Positions 28,391 through 38,023 of a stretch of 64,000 bases of DNA are shown piece by piece. The translations under genes were made by a program, and so were the position numbers. Position 1 is the first letter of the stretch; every line of letters starts with the position of its first letter. The DNA comes from Oceanispirochaeta sp. (GTDB lineage Bacteria > Spirochaetota > Spirochaetia > DSM-2461): positions 192,001-256,000 of the forward strand of contig CAXXXD010000003.1 of NCBI GenBank assembly GCA_963663385.2, in the 5' to 3' direction. The notes under the pieces are model-generated. The model had not been told where the DNA came from. It made no database searches and was given only the letters and a program-made list of their open reading frames with translations.

Positions 28391-31087
28391 TTACTCCCCC
28401 GCAAAGGCTTTCTTGAGCTTTCTGATAGGGGTTTTTACCGCTATTTTTGCTTTTCGCTTCAGTATGTGTTTGATGACCTTCGGTTTCATCTCACTGAGAT
28501 CAACACCTTCCGCATCGTATTTCCGTACAAGGGAGATGGCGTCAAACTTACAAACGGTGGTACAGGACCCGCAGCCGATGCAGGCATACTCGTCTACAAC
28601 AGTGGCGCCGCATCCAAGGCATCGTTCCGTTTCTTTTCTGATCTGTTCTTCCGTCAGGATCCCTCTCAAATCGTCAAAGGTTTCGGTTGATTTTCTGTCC
28701 GTGCTGATATTGGCGGCTTTTTCTCTCGGAAGACGATCGTATCCGGCCAGATCCAGGTTTGTCTTGTCCAGAGGTCGGTAATCCCGATTCAGTCGCCCCA
28801 GGGTCAGGCTCTGACCGTTTTGAACATAACGGTGAATGGATATGGCTCCTTCCTTGCCCAGGGCAATGGCATCAATGGCAAACTTCGGCCCTGTCAGGGC
28901 GTCACCGCCGGCAAAGATATCCGGTTCGCCGGTCTGGAATGTCACCGGATCGGCTTTCACGGTCCGGTTGGGGTTGAGCTCAACTTTTGAACTTTCCAGC
29001 AGATTTCCCCAGTCCATCCCCTGTCCGACAGAGAGCAGAACATTGTCCGCTTCGACGATTTTTGTGCTGCTTTCATCATAGCGGGGACTGAATCTCCCGT
29101 CTTCATTAAAAACGGAGAGGCATTTTCTGAATTCGACGCCTGTCACTCTGCCATTTTCCGAAATAATCCGTTTGGGTCCCCAGGAGTTATTGATCGCGAT
29201 CGCTTCCTCTTCGGCCTCTTCAATCTCTTCATCCAGAGCAGGCATTTCTTTTCTGCTTTCAAGGCAGTACATATCCACCTTTTCCGAACCGGTTCGGGCA
29301 GCAGTTCTGGCAACGTCTATAGCGACATTTCCCCCGCCGATAACAACGGTCTTTCCGCTCATCTTATCTGCCCTGCCGAGGTTTACATCCCGGAGAAAAT
29401 CAACTCCGGTTACAACGCCTTCCGCATCTTCGTTTTCAAGACCGAGGCTTCTTCCCGTCTGGGCTCCGATGGCAAGATAGAAGGCTTTATAGTCCTGGCC
29501 CCTCAGTTCGTTCAGGGTAATATCCCTGCCGACTTCAACGCCCGTTTTAAACTCGACACCCATCTCCCGGAGTATCTCGATCTCTGCCCTGATCACATCT
29601 TTTTCCAGTCTGTAAGAGGGGATCCCCAGAGTAAGCATTCCTCCCAGGGCTTCCTGTTTTTCAAATACAGTCACCTTGTACCCGTCAATTGCCAGGTAGA
29701 AGGCGCAGGACAGACCGGCCGGACCGGCCCCTACAATGGCAATCTTTTTGCCGTATTCATGCTTCTGGCGGGGAATGAAGCGGGTTTCGCTGTGAAGGTC
29801 CTTTTCGGCGATAAATTTTTTGATATCATCAATGGCAATGGGATCGTCAATATCCCCTCTGGTACAGGCGGATTCACAGTTCCGGGGGCAGATACGCCCG
29901 CAGACGGCGGGAAAGGGATTCTCTTTCTTGATCAGTTCGAGGGCTTCCGTATATTTGCCCTGGGCTGCCAGTTTGATATAACCCTGAATCCCTATATGCG
30001 CAGGGCATTCCGCCTTGCAGGGACTGGAGCCGGTTTCAACAACAACCTCCCGGTTTGTTCTGTAATCGGTGTTCCACTTCTCTTCTGTCCACTCCGTATC
30101 ACGGGGCGTTTCTTTTCGTTCGGGTAGGGCAACGGGGTTCTTTTCACAGATCTTCTGTCCCAGTTTAAGGGCATTGGTGGGGCAGGTTTCAACACACTCT
30201 CCGCATCCCACACAATTGTCCCTGTTTACCTCAGCCACATAATTGGAGCGGACCATATCGTGGTTGTCCCACATGTTGGCCAGTCTCATATTAAAACAGC
30301 CGCACCCGCAGCAGTTGCAGATAGCATGGGTTTTTCCGGAACCGTCCAGGTTGGGGATGGAGTGCATCAAGCCGTTTGCTTCGGCTCTCTTGATTACTTC
30401 AAAGGCTTCTTCCCGTGTTATTTCCTTACCGCGGCCTGTTTTTATATAATATTCGGCGGCATGACCCAGCTGGATACAGATATCCTCTTTCAGGTGGCCG
30501 CACCCTTCCCCGACCGCTTCCCGGGACGTCCGGCAGGCACAGTCGGAAACGGAAAAAACTGTATTATCATTAAGGTATTTTGACACTTCCTCGTAGGAGG
30601 CATGCCTTGTTTTACCGTCAATGGCTGTTTCTATGGGGATAACGCGCATGGGTCCCATTCCCACCGGGATATTCCCGGCCGCCATAGGTCCTTTCCTCTT
30701 CCCGTATTCATCAAAGAGCTCTCCCAGAATGGGAAGCCGCTCTACCTGTTCCTTATTGTTAACGATCATTTCCATATGACCGGGGACCCATATTTCATTC
30801 CAGTACTTATTAACCCCGTCGATTTCGTTGACAAAGGCCAGACCCACCATAGCCAGCTCCCATAGAAGCTCTTCGGTTTTTTCAGCGGTTTTTCCGCATT
30901 GGGGCGCAATATCCTCTGCGCTCAGGGGTTCCCTCAGTTTCAGACAGAGGGCCACATCTGCCATCTCGTCAGAACAGATCGGTTCCAGAATCCTGTATTC
31001 AGGGTATTCGGGTTTGATCTCCATTCTGCTTCCGCGTTTTGTTCTGCTAATTTTATTTGCCAGATCCAGAAGTTTTTCATTAACCAT
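28391..31087 (-). CDS. Large Fe-S flavoprotein: Cys-rich N-terminal domain + ferredoxin + GltD/NfnB-like NAD(P)-dependent oxidoreductase + C-terminal ferredoxin
   Basis: CACR..CGH..C..CNCCGCGC, CVGCGECVETCP, GltD-type PCKAECPAH/CGRICPRNCESAC, GAGPAG, GGGNVA and C-terminal CIGCGSCTTVC. Alternative start GTG 31117. Confidence 0.9.
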   Translation of the reverse strand: MVNEKLLDLANKISRTKRGSRMEIKPEYPEYRILEPICSDEMADVALCLKLREPLSAEDIAPQCGKTAEKTEELLWELAMVGLAFVNEIDGVNKYWNEIWVPGHMEMIVNNKEQVERLPILGELFDEYGKRKGPMAAGNIPVGMGPMRVIPIETAIDGKTRHASYEEVSKYLNDNTVFSVSDCACRTSREAVGEGCGHLKEDICIQLGHAAEYYIKTGRGKEITREEAFEVIKRAEANGLMHSIPNLDGSGKTHAICNCCGCGCFNMRLANMWDNHDMVRSNYVAEVNRDNCVGCGECVETCPTNALKLGQKICEKNPVALPERKETPRDTEWTEEKWNTDYRTNREVVVETGSSPCKAECPAHIGIQGYIKLAAQGKYTEALELIKKENPFPAVCGRICPRNCESACTRGDIDDPIAIDDIKKFIAEKDLHSETRFIPRQKHEYGKKIAIVGAGPAGLSCAFYLAIDGYKVTVFEKQEALGGMLTLGIPSYRLEKDVIRAEIEILREMGVEFKTGVEVGRDITLNELRGQDYKAFYLAIGAQTGRSLGLENEDAEGVVTGVDFLRDVNLGRADKMSGKTVVIGGGNVAIDVARTAARTGSEKVDMYCLESRKEMPALDEEIEEAEEEAIAINNSWGPKRIISENGRVTGVEFRKCLSVFNEDGRFSPRYDESSTKIVEADNVLLSVGQGMDWGNLLESSKVELNPNRTVKADPVTFQTGEPDIFAGGDALTGPKFAIDAIALGKEGAISIHRYVQNGQSLTLGRLNRDYRPLDKTNLDLAGYDRLPREKAANISTDRKSTETFDDLRGILTEEQIRKETERCLGCGATVVDEYACIGCGSCTTVCKFDAISLVRKYDAEGVDLSEMKPKVIKHILKRKAKIAVKTPIRKLKKAFAGE

Positions 31088-31101
31088 ATAATTTTCCCTT
31101 T

Positions 31102-31776
31102 TTATGCCTTGTTCCACTCTTTTATTTCATGGCGGAGCCAGTCCGCCCAATCGTCAATTCCCTCGCCCGTTTTGGCGGAGATGGGGATGATTGTAATTTC
31201 CGGATTCAGTTTTTTTACATACTCCGTAAGTTTTTCCATATCAAAATCAAAGAAATCCATGGCATCAATTTTATTCACCAGGAGTACATCCACCATTCTG
31301 AACATAACAGGATATTTGAGGGGTTTGTCATGTCCTTCCGGAACACTCAGAATCATGGCGTTCCTTGCGGCTCCCGTATCGAATTCGGCTGTACAGATCA
31401 GGTTGCCGATATTTTCCAGGATCACAAAATCCGTTCCTTCGGTTCCCATGGAAGCCAGACCCTGTCTGGTCATATCCGCATCAAGGTGACACATCCCGCC
31501 CGAGTGGAGTTGAATTACTTTCGTCCCTGTATCTGCCACAGTGTGGGCGTCTACATCCGAATCGATATCGGCCTCCATCACACCTATGCTCATTTCATTC
31601 CCGAGAGCCGCAATGGTTTTTAAAACCGTTGTTGTTTTTCCGGAACCGGGAGAGGACATCAGATTCAGCAGAAATACCTTGTCTTCCTTAAGCTGAGACC
31701 TTAAGGCTTCAGCCTGTCTGTCATTCCCTTCGTAAACACTCTTTTTAATTTCGATAACTTTATATTTTTCATTCAT
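31102..31776 (-). CDS. hypB: HypB nickel-insertion GTPase
   Basis: SSPGSGKTT, GGMCHLDA, ENIGNLIC.AEFDTG, SVPEGHDKPLKYP, NKID and SAK. Confidence 0.95.
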   Translation of the reverse strand: MNEKYKVIEIKKSVYEGNDRQAEALRSQLKEDKVFLLNLMSSPGSGKTTTVLKTIAALGNEMSIGVMEADIDSDVDAHTVADTGTKVIQLHSGGMCHLDADMTRQGLASMGTEGTDFVILENIGNLICTAEFDTGAARNAMILSVPEGHDKPLKYPVMFRMVDVLLVNKIDAMDFFDFDMEKLTEYVKKLNPEITIIPISAKTGEGIDDWADWLRHEIKEWNKA

Positions 31777-31873
31777 TTCTGCATTACCACCTATAACATC
31801 AGGCTTTCAGCCCGTATCTGAACCTTTTTATATCTGTACCGCTGTACAGAGAATAAAAAATCGAACATAATTC

Positions 31874-31890
31874 ACCGAACAATGTTCGGT
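31874..31890. promoter_or_regulatory. Palindromic operator, probably for the divergent TetR regulator
   Basis: Perfect inverted repeat ACCGAACA-A-TGTTCGGT in the hypB/tetR intergenic region. Confidence 0.7.
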
Positions 31891-32036
31891 AATTATAATA
31901 GGCGGCAGCACAGGATTTTGTCAATAAAATTTTATCTATAAAAAAAGATATCCGTATTATGGAAAATCGATCGGTTCTGCAGTATTCTAGAGGCAGAATC
32001 AGTTTCGGGCGGAAGCATATCGAAAGAGGTTATTGT

Positions 32037-32633
32037 GTGGAGAAACTTACCCCCAGACAGCGGCAGGGTATTGAAACCAAGCTCAAAATTACAAAGATAG
32101 CAACAGATCTGTTCAAGAATAAGGGATTCAGCGATGTGACCATCAGGGATATCTGTGAAGAAGCCTCCATCTCTGTCGGGACATTCTACCATCACTTCGT
32201 TTCAAAGGATGAGATTGTCAATACGGCCTATACGCAGATTGATATGCTATGGGACGAACGGATTTCAGATTACCGGAGTAAAAATTCCGAAGAAGATATT
32301 CTGTTCCTTTTTGAGGAGGCGGCAGATCAGGTTGCGGGAATAGGCTGGGAGCTGGCTTCCCAGAGTTATCAGCAGCTTTTATCGGCTAAAAACAAATACA
32401 CATTCAACCCGGAAAGACCCATTTATAAAAAAGTCCGGAAAGCCATTGAATCGGGGATTCAGGAAGGAACCTTTCACGCGGATACGGATGTACTGGATCT
32501 GACGGATACCCTTATCCGCACATCCCGGAGCGCTATCTTTGACTGGTGCCTGAGGGAAGGAGAGCCCGATCTCAGAAGCTGCATGCGCCATGATATCTCC
32601 CTGATATTATCCAATTTCTGTGACTGCCGGTGA
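32037..32633 (+). CDS. TetR/AcrR-family transcriptional regulator
   Basis: HTH ATDLFKNKGFSDVTIRDICEEASISVGTFYHHFVSKDE. Likely GTG start after GAGG. Confidence 0.93.
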   Translation: MEKLTPRQRQGIETKLKITKIATDLFKNKGFSDVTIRDICEEASISVGTFYHHFVSKDEIVNTAYTQIDMLWDERISDYRSKNSEEDILFLFEEAADQVAGIGWELASQSYQQLLSAKNKYTFNPERPIYKKVRKAIESGIQEGTFHADTDVLDLTDTLIRTSRSAIFDWCLREGEPDLRSCMRHDISLILSNFCDCR

Positions 32634-32783
32634 ATCCGGCGGCAGGTTCCCGAGGCCTGTTTCTCTCCTGGTCTGTTCTTCCATCAAGGTCTCCCTGAAG
32701 ATTTTCGAAAGGTCCGTACAAAAAAAAATCCTGTTTCCGTTGACAAAAAAAGGGGTCTTATATATTATCACGATTACCAATTC

Positions 32784-32867
32784 GCGGTAGTGGTGGAATT
32801 GGTAGACACGCCAGCTTGAGGGGCTGGTGGCCGCAAGGTCGTGGAGGTTCAAGTCCTCTCTACCGCA
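32784..32867 (+). tRNA. tRNA-Leu (GAG)
   Basis: Acceptor stem GCGGTAG/CTACCGC, anticodon arm CCAGC-TT-GAG-GG-GCTGG, long variable arm, T-loop TTCAAGT. Confidence 0.96.
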
Positions 32868-32871
32868 TAAT

Positions 32872-32911
32872 AAAAAAACCCGGAATACGAAAGTATTTTG
32901 GGTTTTTTTTT
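32872..32911 (+). terminator. Terminator after tRNA-Leu
   Basis: A-tract, CCCGGAATAC-GAAA-GTATTTTGGG hairpin, then a T-tract. Confidence 0.75.
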
Positions 32912-33137
32912 ATTAAATCCAAGAGAACTTGAAGCGGAAATACGGTCCGAAAGGGATTCGTACCGTGTCATCAATAGCCTTCATCCTCAGCCCTTGCACG
33001 ATTCAAGAAGACGGCAAGGGAGTCGTGGAGTGTAATTCCACTAATTGCTAAATTAATTCCATGTTTTTTATTGTTGGATATGATATATTGCTTTTTATAA
33101 TATCCGCTTATAACAACACAGGAGGTCTATCCAGAAT

Positions 33138-34214
33138 TTGAGCGCTTCTGTAATCATTGTCACAGTGAATATCTCTTTTATCGTATCTGTCATTTTTTTC
33201 TTTTTCTCACTGATTCAGTTAATACATAAAAAGATCCAAAGGTCACATTATTTACTTTCCATAACCTTTTTTGCAGTAGCTGTTCAGTATTTGTCTTTCT
33301 GGTTGTATTTCAGGGTCAGTCCGATTTTTGAAAAGTATTTCTACTTTTCCGACAGTGCCTTCCTTTTTCTGATCGGTCCTTTTCTATATATGTATTTTCT
33401 TGAAATTACCGCGGAGTCTCAAGTCTCACGAACAAGAACAGTGTTGAATGCGTCTCCTTTCTTCCTGGCTCTGATTCTCATAGAAGGGATCAATCTTGCT
33501 TACCCTTCTTTGGATGATAAGGCTGGTCTTGGTATTATCAACTTCCTGGAACCATTGTCTTATCTCTCTATGTCCTTATATATAGTAATGATATTCAGAA
33601 TCCTTTACTCTTATTACTGGAAGAAGAATAAATCAACTGAAATTAAAACGCTGCTTTATATTATTGTATGCTGTGTTATTTTTTCTTTCGTACTAATGCT
33701 TTCTGCCCTCTGGCGTGACTTGCAATTAGTAGGCCATATTGCTTTTTTCTGTATTCCTATGGTTTTTATCTTTTTCCTGATTCGTTACCCCGATTTCTTC
33801 GTTAATGCCCAAAAGGAGTCCCAAGAGTTAAGGTATCTTAATTCCCAGCTAGGGAGTATTAACAAGGAATCTGTTATTGCCCAACTGGATTCTCTTATGG
33901 ATCGGGAAAGAATATATCGGGACAGTACCCTCTGTTTGAAACAGTTAAGCAGCAAGCTTGGCATCACGTCTTCTCAGCTTTCGGAGCTGTTGAACAGCCA
34001 TTATAAGACTAGCTTTAATAACTATGTTAACTTCCACAGAGTCGAAGAAGTTAAAAAGGCTTTGAGAGAGTCTCCCGACATTAGTATCCTTCAAACAGCC
34101 TTCGATAACGGATTTAATTCAAAAACAACCTTCAACACGGCTTTTAAAAAGTTTTCCGGCCTTTCCCCCTCCCAATATCGTGGAAAAAAGCATAAAAAAC
34201 GTTCGGATTTATAA
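33138..34214 (+). CDS. Multi-TM AraC-family regulator
   Basis: About 7 hydrophobic helices, then LSELLN...SFNNYVNFHRVEE...AFDNGFNSKTTFNTAFKKFSGLSP. Confidence 0.9.
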   Translation: MSASVIIVTVNISFIVSVIFFFFSLIQLIHKKIQRSHYLLSITFFAVAVQYLSFWLYFRVSPIFEKYFYFSDSAFLFLIGPFLYMYFLEITAESQVSRTRTVLNASPFFLALILIEGINLAYPSLDDKAGLGIINFLEPLSYLSMSLYIVMIFRILYSYYWKKNKSTEIKTLLYIIVCCVIFSFVLMLSALWRDLQLVGHIAFFCIPMVFIFFLIRYPDFFVNAQKESQELRYLNSQLGSINKESVIAQLDSLMDRERIYRDSTLCLKQLSSKLGITSSQLSELLNSHYKTSFNNYVNFHRVEEVKKALRESPDISILQTAFDNGFNSKTTFNTAFKKFSGLSPSQYRGKKHKKRSDL

Positions 34215-34223
34215 ATCCGAACG
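34200..34223. promoter_or_regulatory. Perfect 24-bp palindrome at the AraC 3' end, upstream of the lipoprotein gene
   Basis: CGTTCGGATTTA/TAAATCCGAACG. Confidence 0.55.
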
Positions 34224-34292
34224 CCTCTCTGTTCAATTGCGGGTACTATAATGGCTGGTAGAATTCACAAATCCAGAAGAGGTTATTTATTT

Positions 34293-35954
34293 ATGAGAAA
34301 GTCTGCACCATTCATCCCTTTTTTTTGGGGCCTTATAGTCCTTTTTCTGTTAACCGCCTGTCCGTCGGCCAACGACTCGGTGGAAAACAGTGACAACGCA
34401 CTGACCTCCTTTGGTTTCAGCGCTGATTTAAATGAAGCTCTTTTCAGTGATGTCTCGGTAATTATTAGCGGACCGGATATTACCCTGACTGTACCTTTCG
34501 GGACGGATGTTACAGCCCTGATCGCAAGCTTTTCCATTTCCGGTGTTTCCTTAAGTGTAAATGATACGGAACAGATCAGCGGGTTAAGCGCCAATGATTT
34601 TTCAACCCCCGTAATCTACCAGGTAAGCGCCGAGGATGGCAGCTCACGGGATTATTCGGTTAGTGTAGAGATAGCTCCGCAGCAGGAAAGTAAAAAAGGG
34701 ATTATTGCCTTCAGTTTTACCTCAGCGGCGAATCCGGTGCTTTCAAGTGATGTCGCAGGCACGATCAGCGGTTCGTCTATTGCCGTTCTCCTTCCTAATG
34801 GTACGGATCTTACAAATCTGATAGCGAGTTTTACAATTACCGGTGAATATGTTTCTGTGGGAGAGACCATTCAGAACAGCGGAATAAGTGTAAATGACTT
34901 TTCAAGCCCCCTCAATTATCAGGTAAGCGGAGAGGACGGTAGTACTCAGGATTATACGGTAAGCCTGGCCTTTGCAACAGAGAACTCAGGGTTTGACAGT
35001 GCGACCGCTACAGGAGATACCGGTGTTTTAACACTGAATGAATCATCTCAAACCATTACCATGGTCTGCGCCAATAATTCTGACAGCATCACTTTTCCCA
35101 CAGGACTGGATGACAGCGGTACAGCGTCTATAACTACACGGTTCTGGATGGGAGAAACTGAAGTTACCAACGCTGTTATAGCTGCCGTACTTCAGTGGGC
35201 CTATGGATATGGCAGATTCAGTAATAATTTGACAGATCATAATGCCCTTGATGTCTCTACAGTAAAACAGGGCGGTCAGGAGCTACTAAATCTTGCTCAC
35301 GCAGACTGCCGTATTGATTATGACGGGAACGGCAATTTTACGGCCGAAAGCGGCTATGAGAATCACCCCATTACCAATGTTACATTGTACGGTGCGGTAA
35401 TGGTTTGCAATTGGCTAACCGAAATGCGGGATGGAAATAGCAATAATCTTGTTTATACAGGTATCGATACAACCTGGATAGGCAGCGAGACTTTAGAAGA
35501 CACAAGCAAAAACGGTTATCGCCTGCCCTCAATTGATGAATGGGAACTGGCCGCACGCTATATAAATGATATCAACAGTGATGGTGATATTTCAGATAGT
35601 GATGAATACTATCCCGGAAATTTTGCCAGCGGGGCAGATGCCAAATACGATACCATATCGGGAGCTGATGATTACGATGGTGATGGTGATATTGAATACA
35701 GCACTGATGTTGCGGTCTTTGATAGCTCATCTGCTGCTGCCGTAGCCGGTAAAAGTGCCAATGCTTTGGGGCTCTATGATATGAGTGGGAATGTTTGGGA
35801 GTGGTGTTTTTCTAATAATGGATCAATGTGGGATATTAAAAGCTGTGGTTGGGGGAGCCCTGCGGGAGGTATGCAAATTGGAGTCGGAGATAATGCTAAT
35901 CCGGATAATGAGTACTATAATCTGGGCTTCCGTTTTTGCAGGACCGCAGATTAG
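34293..35954 (+). CDS. Lipoprotein with two Ig-like (DUF5018/cadherin-like) repeats and a C-terminal FGE-sulfatase/C-type-lectin-fold domain
   Basis: Lipobox LLTAC. Repeats NDFSTPVIYQVSAEDGSSRDY and NDFSSPLNYQVSGEDGSTQDY. FGE motifs MGETEVTN, HPITNV, YRLPS..EWE.AAR, NALGLYDMSGNVWEW and LGFRF. Confidence 0.88.
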   Translation: MRKSAPFIPFFWGLIVLFLLTACPSANDSVENSDNALTSFGFSADLNEALFSDVSVIISGPDITLTVPFGTDVTALIASFSISGVSLSVNDTEQISGLSANDFSTPVIYQVSAEDGSSRDYSVSVEIAPQQESKKGIIAFSFTSAANPVLSSDVAGTISGSSIAVLLPNGTDLTNLIASFTITGEYVSVGETIQNSGISVNDFSSPLNYQVSGEDGSTQDYTVSLAFATENSGFDSATATGDTGVLTLNESSQTITMVCANNSDSITFPTGLDDSGTASITTRFWMGETEVTNAVIAAVLQWAYGYGRFSNNLTDHNALDVSTVKQGGQELLNLAHADCRIDYDGNGNFTAESGYENHPITNVTLYGAVMVCNWLTEMRDGNSNNLVYTGIDTTWIGSETLEDTSKNGYRLPSIDEWELAARYINDINSDGDISDSDEYYPGNFASGADAKYDTISGADDYDGDGDIEYSTDVAVFDSSSAAAVAGKSANALGLYDMSGNVWEWCFSNNGSMWDIKSCGWGSPAGGMQIGVGDNANPDNEYYNLGFRFCRTAD

Positions 35955-36190
35955 GGAAGAAGGGGACATCTGGTAAAAAAGAACAAGGAAAGGCATTAAT
36001 AAGGTAATCTTTTCTTGTATTTGAGCCTCCGTCCCCATACAACAGTTAAAACAGGATCTTATACAACCATGCATCTATTCCTGCATTTCCCAGTAGATTC
36101 TATTTCCGGGGACGCTAAATCGTTTTATTCTATGATAAAAGTCTGAACCCAAGTTGACAGAGAACCCCATAAATACTTGAATGAATTATA

Positions 36191-38023
36191 ATGAAATCCC
36201 GAATATATTTATTTTTAATACTGTCATCGATCAGTTTTCTTTTTGCAGAAGAGGTAAAGCCACGGATCCTCAGCCTCCCCATAGAGAATACGGTGAAAAA
36301 TGAATCCTATGATATCCTGGCCGGAACCATCCGGGATATTCTGCAGCTTTCCCTTAAACTGATTGGAAGGTACGACGTGATCAGTTCGGAACTTTCAGGT
36401 GAGGAACTTTTTGCCGGATCCACTGTTACTGAATATGCGAATACACATGCCGTCGATAATATCATCTGGGGTTCCCTCAGCCTGAATGAATCGGGAAAGC
36501 TGGTTATGAGCCTTTATCTCTTTGAGAGAGCTTCAGCCTCGGTCGTTTCATCTCCCGAGGAGACGGCCGAAAATGCCCTTGGGGTTTTTGATGCTACCGA
36601 TAATCTTGTTGTAAAAATCCTGGGATCTCTGAGTGATGAACACATTGCCTTCGGCTCACTGAATTTCCTGAACACAGGAGAAAAGGGGCGTTACCAAATC
36701 TATTTTGATAATACAGCGGTGGCTGAAAACAGTGAGAGAATCGACCGGGTATTAAATGGAAGTTATGATCTTGAAATCAGGCAGATCCGCTTCGGGCTTG
36801 AAACAGTTCTTTACAGGGAAAATATTCAGGTGCTGGAAGGCGAGGAGAAGGTCATTGAATTTGCTGTCCCCTACCTGACGGATAAAGAGAGGGAGCGTCT
36901 GGCAGCCCTGGCGCCGGCAATCGACACTGTTATCAGTACTGGCTCCTATACCGGCGACCTGCGGAAAGAAATCGACATCCTTCTCTCCGAATCGAAAGAT
37001 CTCTCCTTCTGTCCGGCTGTGGCATCCGAAATCCCTGTCATTTCTCTGGCCGACTATCGCCTCTCCCTGGAAGAGAATCTGAGAGAGGGGATAAAACGCT
37101 TTAATCTCAGGCTGCCTATGGATCCCTGCTGGTTTTCCCGGAAAATGGTTATTCCGGAAGAACTCAAAACGGCGGAACTGCAGGATGAAGCAGAGGGCGT
37201 TCTGGAATCCCTCTACCTTCTGCAGCGTTTGGAGGAGGTTTCATTTTTTGAAAAAAAATATTACACGCGCTATCCCCCATCCCGTATGGATATCACTCAG
37301 CTTGCTCAGCTGACAAGTAACAGATTCGCCGATTTATACAGCCGGGACAGGCACTACATTGACAGCCTCTATAAAGCTCATCTCGAAGAAGAGGCTGCCG
37401 GGGATCAGTACCAGTTCAATCGTATTATGGAGAAGTATTACAGGGTTTTCTGGAAGATCCTGGGGAAACATAATAAGGGCAGGCTGGAAATCAGCCGGGA
37501 GGATATTCCCGAGCTGATGGCAAAATATCAGACTCTTAAGCCCGCCTCCAATTATACCTATAAATATAATCGAAGGCGTACTCTGCTGGGGCGGGTGGAT
37601 CTTTTCGGCGGCACTCTTGTAACAGGCGGTTTTCAGTGGCGTCCGGGTAACAGCTGGTTTGCTCTGCGTTCGGGAGTCAGTACCTATTGGGACTTCTCAG
37701 ATACTGCTTTTTTCTCCATCCCTATTGAGCTGGATTTATGTCAGACAGTTGATATTGTTACCATGTATACCGGATTTGTACTTGATCTGCCTCTGTCCTA
37801 TTACGGCAATGGCATTGAAGAATTGAATAAATATCAGGCTGTAAGTGACGACAGTCTGCCAACGGCATTCGGATTTAATATCGGAATGGATCTGAATCTG
37901 GGCAGGATAAGTCTGACCCTGAATAACTACCTTTATATGATGGCCAGAGACCTGGCCGACAGTTATACCGACAGCAGCTCTCCGGCTTTTGTCTACTCTC
38001 CCTCCATAGGAGTCCTGTTTTGA
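36191..38023 (+). CDS. Exported hypothetical protein (TolB-N/CsgG-like N-terminus, possible PEGA-like segment and beta-rich C-terminus)
   Basis: 610-aa ORF with a signal peptide. The C-terminus has alternating hydrophobic strands ending in F. Domain calls are tentative. Confidence 0.65.
   Translation: MKSRIYLFLILSSISFLFAEEVKPRILSLPIENTVKNESYDILAGTIRDILQLSLKLIGRYDVISSELSGEELFAGSTVTEYANTHAVDNIIWGSLSLNESGKLVMSLYLFERASASVVSSPEETAENALGVFDATDNLVVKILGSLSDEHIAFGSLNFLNTGEKGRYQIYFDNTAVAENSERIDRVLNGSYDLEIRQIRFGLETVLYRENIQVLEGEEKVIEFAVPYLTDKERERLAALAPAIDTVISTGSYTGDLRKEIDILLSESKDLSFCPAVASEIPVISLADYRLSLEENLREGIKRFNLRLPMDPCWFSRKMVIPEELKTAELQDEAEGVLESLYLLQRLEEVSFFEKKYYTRYPPSRMDITQLAQLTSNRFADLYSRDRHYIDSLYKAHLEEEAAGDQYQFNRIMEKYYRVFWKILGKHNKGRLEISREDIPELMAKYQTLKPASNYTYKYNRRRTLLGRVDLFGGTLVTGGFQWRPGNSWFALRSGVSTYWDFSDTAFFSIPIELDLCQTVDIVTMYTGFVLDLPLSYYGNGIEELNKYQAVSDDSLPTAFGFNIGMDLNLGRISLTLNNYLYMMARDLADSYTDSSSPAFVYSPSIGVLF

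Noticed and set aside
27909..31776. A [NiFe]-hydrogenase locus
   Set aside because: No large-subunit RxCGxC/DPCxxC motifs, no small subunit and no hypCDEF. The large gene is a flavoprotein.
34390..34970. Nucleotide direct repeats as a CRISPR or mobile repeat
   Set aside because: They are the two in-frame Ig-like domain copies of the lipoprotein.
34293..36190. Complete DGR cassette
   Set aside because: No template repeat, avd or reverse transcriptase in the window.
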